The position numbers and the translations under genes were made by a program. From Candidatus Dormiibacterota bacterium (lineage in GTDB: Bacteria; Chloroflexota; Dormibacteria; Aeolococcales; Aeolococcaceae), in contig CAWFUO010000006.1 in assembly GCA_963819095.1 (NCBI GenBank), positions 320,002-384,001 of the forward strand: DNA of 64,000 nt, given 5' to 3'. The first letter of the stretch is position 1; each line of letters opens with the position of its first letter. Positions 26,783 through 35,966 of the stretch are shown here, in pieces. The notes under the pieces are model-generated. The model saw only the letters and a list, made by a program, of their open reading frames with translations, made no database searches and had not been told where the DNA came from.

Positions 26783-27622
26783 CACCGTCGGGCCGCGCGC
26801 ACCCGCTCGCGTGGACGTTCCGCGCTCCCGGAGACCTCGATGGTGTCGTCGCCGTGATCCTGGGCGATGACGGCCTTGGCGAGAGCCCGGTAGGAGCGAG
26901 CCCCAGGCGAGTTCGGGGCGTACTCGAGGATCGACTGGCCCGCCAACGGTGTCTCAGCGAACCTGATCGAGGAGTCGACGGTGATCGGAAAGACGAGGTC
27001 GGGATACGCGCCCTTGACGAGGTCGAGCACCTCCTGGCTGTGCAGGGTGCGCGACTTGTACAGCGTCGGCAGGATGCCGGCGACGCGCAGATGGCTGTTG
27101 AGCTTTGCGCGCACGCGGTCGATCGTGCGCTGCAACTGTTGCATGCCTTTCATGCCGAAGTACTCGCATTGCAGCGGGATGATCACGTCCGTTGATGCAA
27201 CCAGCGCGTTGATGCAGAGCAGCCCGAGTGACGGCGGGCAGTCGATGACGACGTAGTCGTAGCGACCATCGATCGGCTCGAGCTTCTCCTTGAGGATCGA
27301 ACTCGCGTCCGAACTCGGTGACCAGTTGCAGCTCGGCGCCGCTGAGGTCGATGTTCGCGGGGATGAAATCAAGGCCCATGCCATCCGACGTCAGGAGGAC
27401 ATCGTCGACGTTGACCCGATGATCCGTGAGCAGGTCGTAGATCGTTCGCTCCAGCTCGTCGGGCCGGCGGCAGCCCATGTTGATGGTCAGATGACCCTGG
27501 GGATCGAGGTCGACTGCGAGAACCTTCGGCCCGGCCTCCGCGATGGCTGCCGCGAGGTTCACTGCGGTGGTGGTCTTGCCCACACCGCCCTTCTGATTCG
27601 CGACCGAAATGATCCGCGTCAT
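26782..27622 (-). pseudogene. parA: ParA/Soj-family ATPase, frame broken by one extra base near 27300
   Basis: Deviant Walker A NQKGGVGKTT. The N-terminal frame reads ...ELQLVTEFGRE. The +1 frame resumes SILKEKLEPIDGRYDYVVIDCPPSLG. Junction GAGTTCGATC. Confidence 0.8.
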
Positions 27623-27770
27623 GGCTGGCGCGGTGTCAAGAGATCGCAAAGGGAACGGACGCGCCTCACTGAGCAGGTATCATAGCGAACCCGATTGCCT
27701 CTCTCGGCCGTGGGTCGGGAGCGAGCGCACTCGCAGCGGTCATTGACCCTTGAATCCGGAGTGGTGTTTG

Positions 27771-28643
27771 GTGTCTGAAGAACGTGTCAAGCCTCGCAAC
27801 CTGTTTGTCGACGAGGCTATCGCGCTGGCGCTCGAGAGCCGCTGGGCGGAAGCGCTCGCCGTGAATCAGGCGCTCGTCGAGCGTCACGGTCCCGATGAGG
27901 ACACGCTCAACCGGATCGGCAAGGCGCTCACCGAGCTCGGCCAGCGTGAGGAGGCACTCGCGTCCTATTCCGCCTCCCTCCAGATCAATCCGCTCAACCT
28001 GATCGCGCAGAAGAACGTTCGCAAGCTCACCGCGATGCTCGAGAGCAAGAGCACGGCGGCCGGCTCCGCGGCCGCGATCGACGTGGAGCTCTTCACCGAG
28101 GAACCCGGGAAGAGTGCCATCACCGTCCTGAGCGCTCCTTCGAAGTCGGCAACAGTGTCGATCGCCCCGGGCGACGTGGTCGAGCTCTACAGGGAAGGGT
28201 CGACGCTCCGGGCCCAGACGTCCCGCGGGGTTTCACTCGGCGAGGTCGACACCAAGATCGCCAGGCGCCTCGTCCCGCTCATGGAGACGGGCAACCGCTA
28301 CTCGGCAGCCGTGGCCCGCCTCGAGGATGAACGGGTCGAGATCATCCTCCGCGAGACGTACCAGGCGGCCGAGAACGCCCGCAAATCGTCCTTCCCGCTC
28401 GCCAAGGGCGGCCGCCGTGAGGAGTTCCGCCCCTACGCCAAGGAATCGCTGCTGTCGTCCCGAGAGATCGATTCGAGCCAGCTCGACGACGATGGCGAGG
28501 AGATCGTCGGTCCCGTCGCGGACAACTCCGAGGACGATCTGGGCGAGCTCGGCATGACCACCTTCCAGGCCGATGCCGAGGAGACTCCTCCCGGCGCCGA
28601 CACCGAGGACGACGATGACACGCGCCCCGAGGACGAGTACTAG
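27771..28643 (+). CDS. TPR-repeat protein with uncharacterised central domain and strongly acidic tail
   Basis: N-terminal TPR-like helices (EALAVNQALVERHGPDEDTLNRIGKALTELGQREEALASY). C-terminal run of D/E. The start is uncertain (TTG at 27750 or GTG at 27771). Confidence 0.6.
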   Translation: MSEERVKPRNLFVDEAIALALESRWAEALAVNQALVERHGPDEDTLNRIGKALTELGQREEALASYSASLQINPLNLIAQKNVRKLTAMLESKSTAAGSAAAIDVELFTEEPGKSAITVLSAPSKSATVSIAPGDVVELYREGSTLRAQTSRGVSLGEVDTKIARRLVPLMETGNRYSAAVARLEDERVEIILRETYQAAENARKSSFPLAKGGRREEFRPYAKESLLSSREIDSSQLDDDGEEIVGPVADNSEDDLGELGMTTFQADAEETPPGADTEDDDDTRPEDEY

Positions 28644-30519
28644 CGGGACGGAGCCCAAGGGCCGGACCGTCCCCCACGAGCGGATCGACGGATATCTCCC
28701 GATCGGCGCCTATGGGTTGATCGGCGACTGCCGTTCCGCGGCGCTGGTGGGGCTCGATGGCAGCGTCGACTGGCTCTGCCTGCCGCGGTTCGACGATGAC
28801 GCCGTTTTTGGCAGGCTCCTCGATGCGGGCAGGGGTGGGAGCTGGCAGCTCCATCCCGACGAGCCGCACCAGGTGCACCAGCGGTATCGCGACCGGACCA
28901 ACCTGCTCGACACCGTCTTTGCCACGGGGACCGGAGTGGTGGTTGTCACCGATTTCATGCCGGTCGACGAGCACAGCGTGATCCAGCATGCAAGACCGCA
29001 TAACCGTGCGCGTGTGGTCAGGCTGGTGGAATGCCTCGCCGGCGAGATGACGATGCACCAGGTCTTCGATCCCGCGCCGGGGTTCGCACGCCTGCCGGTC
29101 GAGCTCAGCATCGACGACGGGCAGCTCCACGCCGACGCGGCGAACCTGCATCTCTGCCTGAGCTCAACCGTGAAGCTGGACGGCCCCGACGACACATTCC
29201 ACCTGCGCGCCACCGATGCCGTGGCCTTCGCGATGCACTGCGGGGTCGCGGGCCCCTGCCGGGCGAGGCCGTGGAGCGTCGAGCGAGCCCGTGCGTTGCT
29301 CCGCGAGAGTCAGCGGTATTGGTGGCAATGGGTTGGCCAGGTCGACTATCACGGCCCCTATCAGGTGCACGTATGGCGATCCGCGCTCGCGTTGAAGCTC
29401 ATGACGTACGCGCCGACCGGCGCGATCATCGCCGCGCCGACCACGAGCCTCCCCGAGGACATCGGCGGTGAGCGCAACTGGGACTATCGCTTCACCTGGT
29501 TGCGGGACGCCGCCTTCACGCTCTACGCCTTCTTTCAACTCGAACTCACCGCTGAGGCGACCGCATATTTCGACTGGCTCACGCATCGACATCTCGCCGA
29601 TCGCAGCTCCACCGACATCCCCAACCTCTTTGACCTGAGCGGACACGCGCACGCCACGGAGCACATCCTCGATCACCTTGAGGGATATCGAGGATCGAAA
29701 CCGGTGCGCGTCGGCAACGCCGCGGTCAATCAACTCCAGCTCGACGTCTACGGCGAGGTGCTGGACAGCGCATACGTCTACGCTCGATTCGGCGGCGTGG
29801 TGAGCCAGACGCTCTGGGAAGAGCTCAGCAACATCGTCGAGATCGCCATCAGTCGCTGGGAGGAACCGAACTCGTCGATCTGGGAGGTGCGGAGCGAGCG
29901 CAGGCAATACGTGTACAGCAAGCTGATGTGCTGGGTCGCGGTCGATCGCGGGATACGCATCGGCGATCGTTACAAGCTGCCCTACGACAAGGTCGCATGG
30001 CGTCGTGCGCGTAATCGCATGCACCGTGCCATCACCGCCCACGGGTACTCGGAACACAGGCACTCCTTCACCCAGATCTTCGATGACGACGCGCTCGACG
30101 CCTCCGTCCTGCGCATGTCCCAGGTGCGCTTTCTCGGCAGCAGGGATCCGCGCATGTACTCAACCGTGCGCGCGATCGAGCAACACCTCGGCGAGGGTGT
30201 GCTCGTCAAGCGATACCGCATGGATGAAAGCGAGGATGGGTTGCGTGGGGACGAAGGTGCATTCCTTCTCAGTTCCTTCTGGCTCGTCGACGCGCTCGCG
30301 CATGTCGGTGAGCTCGAGCGCGCCGAGCGCCGCTTCGAGCGCCTGCTGCACTTCAACTCGCCGCTCGCACTCTTCTCGGAGGAGGTGGACGTGCGCACCG
30401 GCGAGCTCCTCGGCAACTATCCCCAGGCGTTCACGCACCTCTCACTCGTGGGTGCGGCGGTGAACATCGAGCGGGCTCGAAAGCGGACCCTTGGCGTGAA
30501 GGGCCTGCGCAAAGGCTGA
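28615..30519 (+). CDS. glycoside hydrolase family 15 protein (glucoamylase/trehalase-like)
   Basis: Typical N-terminus YGLIGDCRSAALVGLDGSVDWLCLPRFD. Catalytic-domain blocks NWDYRFTWLRDAAF and FWLVDAL. Confidence 0.85.
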   Translation: MTRAPRTSTSGTEPKGRTVPHERIDGYLPIGAYGLIGDCRSAALVGLDGSVDWLCLPRFDDDAVFGRLLDAGRGGSWQLHPDEPHQVHQRYRDRTNLLDTVFATGTGVVVVTDFMPVDEHSVIQHARPHNRARVVRLVECLAGEMTMHQVFDPAPGFARLPVELSIDDGQLHADAANLHLCLSSTVKLDGPDDTFHLRATDAVAFAMHCGVAGPCRARPWSVERARALLRESQRYWWQWVGQVDYHGPYQVHVWRSALALKLMTYAPTGAIIAAPTTSLPEDIGGERNWDYRFTWLRDAAFTLYAFFQLELTAEATAYFDWLTHRHLADRSSTDIPNLFDLSGHAHATEHILDHLEGYRGSKPVRVGNAAVNQLQLDVYGEVLDSAYVYARFGGVVSQTLWEELSNIVEIAISRWEEPNSSIWEVRSERRQYVYSKLMCWVAVDRGIRIGDRYKLPYDKVAWRRARNRMHRAITAHGYSEHRHSFTQIFDDDALDASVLRMSQVRFLGSRDPRMYSTVRAIEQHLGEGVLVKRYRMDESEDGLRGDEGAFLLSSFWLVDALAHVGELERAERRFERLLHFNSPLALFSEEVDVRTGELLGNYPQAFTHLSLVGAAVNIERARKRTLGVKGLRKG

Positions 30520-30668
30520 CGCGCCGGTTGCCTCGTGAGAGGGCCAAACGGCGCCGGGACGATGCGGCGCGCGTGGCCGTCGCTTGCCCCCGCTGAAAGG
30601 GACATACTTGCGTCCGCTCGGTAGCGTCGGCATTCTCGCCAAGGCGCTCCGAGCGTCCCGGATGGAGG

Positions 30669-30941
30669 TTGGACATGCCAAAACTGGTCATGACTCATGC
30701 CGTCGCCGACGTCGAACGCTGGCTCAAGGGCAAGGACGAGCGTGCCGCGGCAATTGGCGCGGTTGCCACAAACGTGACGGACCACGTCGCGGCGGATGGG
30801 AGCAATAACGTGGCCATCACAGCCGACGTCCATGACGCGGAGGCCGCACAGGCGATGGTGAACTCGCCCTCCCCGGAAACGGTTGCGCTGATGCAGAGCC
30901 ACGGCGTCATCCCGCCGGTGACCACCTACATCGAGAAGTAA
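30669..30941 (+). CDS. hypothetical 90-aa protein
   Basis: ATG after GGATGGAGG. GC3-rich. No recognisable domain. Confidence 0.5.
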   Translation: MDMPKLVMTHAVADVERWLKGKDERAAAIGAVATNVTDHVAADGSNNVAITADVHDAEAAQAMVNSPSPETVALMQSHGVIPPVTTYIEK

Positions 30942-31024
30942 CCAGGTCCGGGCCTATGCGCCGGGCCTCACCCGGAAATCGGCCCGGCGTGGTCTTGATG
31001 AACTGACGGCGGCGGGGTCTTCAG

Positions 31025-31038
31025 TGCATAAGTATGCA
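31025..31038. promoter_or_regulatory. candidate ARG box (ArgR operator) TGCATAAGTATGCA
   Basis: Perfect 6-bp arms TGCATA/TATGCA around a 2-bp centre. It lies 10 nt upstream of the TATACT box of argC, and argR is encoded in the same operon. Confidence 0.5.
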
Positions 31039-31047
31039 GGCGCGCTG

Positions 31048-31053
31048 TATACT
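31048..31053 (+). promoter_or_regulatory. candidate -10 box TATACT for a leaderless or near-leaderless argC transcript
   Basis: TATACT ends 8 nt before the argC ATG, with no SD between them. Confidence 0.4.
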
Positions 31054-31061
31054 CTTCTGCC

Positions 31062-32087
31062 ATGCCTCAGGCAACTCCGTTGCGTGCCGCCGTCGTCGGT
31101 TCCACCGGCTATATCGGCATGCAGTGCACCGCTCTGCTCGCGACCCACCCGGACGTCGAGCTCATTCGCGTGCTCGGGCACAGCACCGCCGGCAAGCGCT
31201 ACTGCGACGTCGTCCCAGGCAGCCCGGTCGAGCTGATCATCGAGGACACCCTCGACCCGGGGTCCGCGGACGTGGTGATGGCAGCGCTGCCGCACACGGT
31301 CGCGGCGTCGCTCGCACCCGCATGGCTCGCCGCCGGCGCGACGGTCATCGACTGCTCAGCCGACTTCCGCCTCCATGATGCCGGCGCGTACCAGCGCTGG
31401 TACGGCGTCGAGCACCCGTCGCCCGATCTGCTGGACGAGGCCGTGTATGCCATGGTCGAGCTCGAACGCGAACGTCTGGCGTGCGCGAATCTCATCGCAG
31501 TCCCGGGCTGCTATCCAACGGCGACATTGCTCGCCTGTATCCCGGCATTGCGCGCGGGTTTGATCGAGGCAGACATCGTTGTTGATGCCAAGAGCGGGGT
31601 CAGCGGCGCCGGCCGCGACGCCAAGGTCGCCAATCTCTTCGCGGAGGTCAACGAGTCGGTGCACGCCTATGGCGTCGCGGGCCACCGCCACAAGTCCGAG
31701 ATGCTCGAGCAGATGCATGACGCCGCGGGCGGGGATGTCCGGCTCACCTTCGTGCCCCATCTAATCCCCATGACCCGCGGCATCCTCGCCACCGCGTATC
31801 TCCGCCCCCGCCCCGGGGCGACCGAGGCGGACTTCCACGAGCTGTATGCCGCCTTCTGCGCCACCAGCCCGTTCCTCGATTACGTGGACGGGCCGCCGCG
31901 GACCAAGAGTGTCACCGGAACCAACCGTGCCGCGATCCATCCAGGCTGGCAGGACGGGATGGCGGTGGTCACGGTCGCGATCGACAACCTCGGCAAGGGC
32001 GGCGGCGGCCAGGCAGTCCACGCCATGAACATTCGCTTCGGGTTCGACGAGACGGCCGGGCTGGAGTCCCGCATTCTGTGGCCATGA
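31062..32087 (+). CDS. argC: N-acetyl-gamma-glutamyl-phosphate reductase
   Basis: GSTGYIG NAD-binding motif and the active-site context PGCYPTA. Confidence 0.95.
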   Translation: MPQATPLRAAVVGSTGYIGMQCTALLATHPDVELIRVLGHSTAGKRYCDVVPGSPVELIIEDTLDPGSADVVMAALPHTVAASLAPAWLAAGATVIDCSADFRLHDAGAYQRWYGVEHPSPDLLDEAVYAMVELERERLACANLIAVPGCYPTATLLACIPALRAGLIEADIVVDAKSGVSGAGRDAKVANLFAEVNESVHAYGVAGHRHKSEMLEQMHDAAGGDVRLTFVPHLIPMTRGILATAYLRPRPGATEADFHELYAAFCATSPFLDYVDGPPRTKSVTGTNRAAIHPGWQDGMAVVTVAIDNLGKGGGGQAVHAMNIRFGFDETAGLESRILWP

Positions 32088-33313
32088 GCGCCCCGGTTGC
32101 GCAACAGGCGCGCGCGGGCGTGTGCGCTCCACTCGGGTTCCGCGGCGGCGTCGCGGCTGCGGGGATCCGCGGTGACGGCGATGAGGCACGCACCGACATG
32201 GCGGTGTTTCGCTCCGACATCCCCGCGGCAGCTGCAGGCGTCTTCACGCGCAACACCGTCAAGGCCGCACCAGTGGTCATCTCACAGCTCACCCTGCGCC
32301 GCGGCGCACCGATCTCCGCGGTCGTGGTCAACGCCGGCAACGCCAACGCATGCACCGGCGCGCAGGGATTCCGCGATGCGCTCGTGATGTGCACCGCGGC
32401 GGGCGATGCGCTCGACCTGGACCCCAGCGAAGTGCTGGTCTGCAGCACGGGCGTGATCGGCCGGCCGATGCCGATGGAACGTGTGGTGCGCGGAATCCGC
32501 GCTGCATCGCTCTCGATGTCGCCGACCGCCGGCGGCGATATCGCACGCGCGATCATGACCACCGACACGCTCGCCAAGGTGGCCTCGGCGACGTTCACGA
32601 CGGCTGGGGTGACCTACACCATCGGCGGCACCGCCAAAGGGGCTGGAATGCTGCATCCCGACATGGCCACGTTGCTCGCCTTCCTCACCACCGATGCGCC
32701 GATCGATGCGGCGCTGCTCCGACCGGTGCTCGCACGAGTCACCGACGACACCTTCAACTGCGTCACCGTCGACGGCGATACGTCCACCAACGACTCGTGC
32801 ATCCTGCTCGCCAACGGCGCTGCCGGCGGCGCGGCCTTCGCCGCAGGATCGAGCTCGCTGGACGATTTCGAGATGGCGCTGCTCACGGTGTGCGATTCGC
32901 TCTCCGAGCAGCTCGTCGCCGACGCCGAGGGCGCGACGAAACACTTCCGCGTGGCGGTGGACGGGGCCGCGGACACCAGCGAGGCGCGCATCGCCGCGCG
33001 AGTTGTCGCGCAGAGCTCATTGGTGAAAACGGCGATCCACGGTGGCGACCCCAACTGGGGGCGCATCGTCGCCGCCCTCGGTCGAAGCGGCGCGACGTTC
33101 ACGCTCGATCGGTGCCGCGTCGCCATCGGCGGCCTGGTCGTCTTTGATCGCGGCGCTCCCGAACCGGTCGAGGCCGACCGCATCCGCGTCGCCCTGTCGC
33201 AACCGCGAGTGGACATCGCCATCGACCTCGGCGCCGGCGATGGCGCGGGTCACGCGTGGGGCTGCGACCTCTCCGCGGACTACGTGCGCATCAACGCCGA
33301 CTACACCACGTGA
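32078..33313 (+). CDS. argJ: bifunctional ornithine acetyltransferase / N-acetylglutamate synthase
   Basis: ArgJ blocks TKGAGMLHPDMATLL (autoprocessing site) and IMTTDT. Confidence 0.95.
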   Translation: MAMSAPVAQQARAGVCAPLGFRGGVAAAGIRGDGDEARTDMAVFRSDIPAAAAGVFTRNTVKAAPVVISQLTLRRGAPISAVVVNAGNANACTGAQGFRDALVMCTAAGDALDLDPSEVLVCSTGVIGRPMPMERVVRGIRAASLSMSPTAGGDIARAIMTTDTLAKVASATFTTAGVTYTIGGTAKGAGMLHPDMATLLAFLTTDAPIDAALLRPVLARVTDDTFNCVTVDGDTSTNDSCILLANGAAGGAAFAAGSSSLDDFEMALLTVCDSLSEQLVADAEGATKHFRVAVDGAADTSEARIAARVVAQSSLVKTAIHGGDPNWGRIVAALGRSGATFTLDRCRVAIGGLVVFDRGAPEPVEADRIRVALSQPRVDIAIDLGAGDGAGHAWGCDLSADYVRINADYTT

Positions 33314-33337
33314 TACGGAGCAACCACCAGAACAACC

Positions 33338-34213
33338 ATGCCTGAACAGACCATCGACGAACGGATCCATCGCGCCGAGGTACTCATCGAGGCACTGCCG
33401 TACATCAAGCGATTCGCCGGCCACATCCTCGTGATCAAGGTCGGCGGCGCAGCCAGCGCTGTGACCGACCTCGACGCGGTGCTCGAGGACGTTGTGCTGC
33501 TGCGCTTCGTGGGGATGCGACCGGTGATCGTGCACGGCGGTGGCCCGGAGATCAGCGCGTGGCAGGAACGGATGGGCATCGAGACACGGTTCGTCAACGG
33601 GCTGCGGGTCACCGATGAGCCGACGATGGAGATCGCCAAGATGGTGTTGACCGGCAAGATCGGACCGGACATCGTCGCGCGCATCCATACGCTCGGTGCG
33701 AGTGCGATCGGGTTGTCCGGCGAGGACGGTCCAACGCTGCTGGTGCGGCCACGCGCCGGCGCGGACGGCGCCGAACTCGGCTTCGTCGGTGATGTCGTGC
33801 AGGTCAACGGCGAGCCGATCATGTCCATCCTCGACCAGGGGCGGATCCCGGTGATGGCATCGATCGGCCTCGGCTACGACGGCCATGCCTACAACGTCAA
33901 TGCCGACACCGTCGCTGCCGAGATCGCCGTCGCGCTGACCGCAAGCAAGCTCATCCTGATGACCGATGTCGAAGGCGTCCGCGACGGCAGCGGCACCCTG
34001 ATCAGCGAGCTCGACGCCGCTCGCGGCCGTGAGCTGCTCGCCGCAGGCGTGATTCGCGACGGCATGATCCCCAAGGTCGAGGCGGCGATCAGGGCCACCG
34101 ACGGCGGCAGCGCCACCCACATCATCGATGCGCGCGTCCCCCATGCGCTCCTCCTCGAGCTGCTCACCGAACGCGGCGTGGGCACCATGCTGACGAGGAC
34201 TGCGTCCGGATGA
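33338..34213 (+). CDS. argB: acetylglutamate kinase
   Basis: Blocks LVIKVGGAA, VIVHGGGPEI, NVNADT. Confidence 0.95.
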   Translation: MPEQTIDERIHRAEVLIEALPYIKRFAGHILVIKVGGAASAVTDLDAVLEDVVLLRFVGMRPVIVHGGGPEISAWQERMGIETRFVNGLRVTDEPTMEIAKMVLTGKIGPDIVARIHTLGASAIGLSGEDGPTLLVRPRAGADGAELGFVGDVVQVNGEPIMSILDQGRIPVMASIGLGYDGHAYNVNADTVAAEIAVALTASKLILMTDVEGVRDGSGTLISELDAARGRELLAAGVIRDGMIPKVEAAIRATDGGSATHIIDARVPHALLLELLTERGVGTMLTRTASG

Positions 34214-35472
34214 CCATCGACGCCACCGGCGAGGGACGTGCGCCGGCCGCGCGTGCCAAGGCGGCGCTGATGGACACGTATCAGCGCCAGCCGATCACGT
34301 TGCGCAGCGGCAACGGTGTGTGGGTGCGCACCGACGACGGCCGCGAATTGCTCGATGCCGTCGCGGGGATCGCGGTGAACGTCCTCGGTCACAATCACCC
34401 GGCGTTGCGCGAGGCGATCGCCGCCCAGGCAGGCACGCTCATCCACGCCAGCAACCTGTACTACACCGAACCACAGCTGGAGCTCGCCGAATTGCTGATC
34501 GCGTCGGCGTTCCCGTCGCGTGTGTTTCTCTGCAACAGCGGCACCGAGGCCAACGAAGGCGCGATCAAGCTGGCGCGCAAGTGGGGCCGGGTGCACCGCG
34601 ACGGCGCACACGTCATCGTCTGCGCTCAGGGCGCATTTCACGGACGGACCATGGGTGCGCTCGCGGCAACGGCGAATCCGCGCTATCGCAAACCGTTCGA
34701 GCCGCTGCCGAAAGGCTTCGTGCATGTCCCGTACGGCGATCTCGATGCGCTCGCCGAGTCCATCGACAGCGCGACCTGCGCGGTGATGCTCGAGCCGATC
34801 GAGGGTGAGAGCGGCGTGATACCGCTCGAGCCGGGCCGTCTCGCGGCGATCCGCCGCCTCTGCGATGAACGCGACGTCCTGCTCATCCTCGACGAGATCC
34901 AGACCGGGATGGGGCGGACCGGCAGGTGGTGGGCGTATCAGCATGAGGGTGCGGCGCCGGACATCATGACCGTCGCCAAAGCGCTGGGCGGCGGTGTCCC
35001 CGTCGGCGCGATTCTGGCCGCGCCGCGCGCGGACGTGTTCGAGCCGGGCGACCACGGATCCACATTCGGTGGTGGGCCGCTCGCCTGCGCCGCCGCGGTT
35101 GCGGTGATGCATGTGGTCGAGCGCGACGGACTGGTGGAGCATGCCGCCGAAGTCGGTGACTATCTCGCCGAGTCGTTGAGCGCACTCGCGGCCGGCGGCG
35201 CGCCGATCGACGGCGTACGCGGCCGCGGCCTGATGCTCGGCATCGGGCTGAACCGCGACGTCGCCCGTGATGTCGCCGCTGCGGCGCTCGATGAAGGCCT
35301 GATCATCAACGCCATCGGGGAGCGCACGTTGCGCCTCGTCCCGCCGCTCGTGATCACGCGCGAAGAGGTCGACGAGGCGGTGCGACGGCTGAGCCGTGCC
35401 TTTGCGGCTGTGGCGGCGGCCGGGCGGGTGACGGCAGGACCCGCCCGCATTCCGCCGCGGGGCGCCACGTGA
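34210..35472 (+). CDS. argD: acetylornithine aminotransferase
   Basis: Class-III aminotransferase motifs. LILDEIQTGMGRTG, PDIMTVAKALGGG (PLP lysine). Confidence 0.95.
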   Translation: MTIDATGEGRAPAARAKAALMDTYQRQPITLRSGNGVWVRTDDGRELLDAVAGIAVNVLGHNHPALREAIAAQAGTLIHASNLYYTEPQLELAELLIASAFPSRVFLCNSGTEANEGAIKLARKWGRVHRDGAHVIVCAQGAFHGRTMGALAATANPRYRKPFEPLPKGFVHVPYGDLDALAESIDSATCAVMLEPIEGESGVIPLEPGRLAAIRRLCDERDVLLILDEIQTGMGRTGRWWAYQHEGAAPDIMTVAKALGGGVPVGAILAAPRADVFEPGDHGSTFGGGPLACAAAVAVMHVVERDGLVEHAAEVGDYLAESLSALAAGGAPIDGVRGRGLMLGIGLNRDVARDVAAAALDEGLIINAIGERTLRLVPPLVITREEVDEAVRRLSRAFAAVAAAGRVTAGPARIPPRGAT

Positions 35473-35966
35473 GCGCGAGCTCTGCGCGCTTGATCGGGCC
35501 GGCGGCGAAACCCGCGCGCCATCGCGCCATTCTCGCGCTGGTCCGAGGCGGGGTCATCCGCACCCAGGAGGACCTCGTGTCCGAGCTGCATCGCAGACGG
35601 TTCCCGGTCACCCAGGCAACGGTCAGCCGCGATATTCGCGAGCTCGGCCTGCTCCGCGTCCACGACGATGCGGGTCCGCGCTATATGGCGCCGGTTGCCG
35701 AGCTCGACGTCGAGCAGACCATGCAGCGGCTGCGCAACGCCATCCGTGAGCACGTCCAGGGCATCGAGTTCGTCGACCTGTTCGGGATCGTGCATACAGC
35801 GCCGGGATGCGCGCCCTTGGTTGGCGGCGCACTCGACGGCTCGCGCTTCGAGGAGGTTGCGGGGACCATCGCAGGCGACGACACCGTGCTCGTGATCGCG
35901 CGCTCGCGACCTGCCGCGCAGCGCCTGCTGTTGCGTCTCAATTCGATGTCCGAGGAAGACGCGTGA
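35469..35966 (+). CDS. argR: arginine repressor
   Basis: Winged-helix N-terminus (TQEDLVSELHRRRFPVTQATVSRDIRELGL) and the C-terminal GTIAGDDTVLV arginine-binding motif. Confidence 0.9.
   Translation: MSASSARLIGPAAKPARHRAILALVRGGVIRTQEDLVSELHRRRFPVTQATVSRDIRELGLLRVHDDAGPRYMAPVAELDVEQTMQRLRNAIREHVQGIEFVDLFGIVHTAPGCAPLVGGALDGSRFEEVAGTIAGDDTVLVIARSRPAAQRLLLRLNSMSEEDA

Noticed and set aside
21600-27350. Programmed ribosomal frameshifting or transcriptional slippage as an explanation for the split genes
   Set aside because: The breaks occur in unrelated genes, at sites without slippery heptamers or long homopolymers, and at positions that are not conserved recoding sites in these families.
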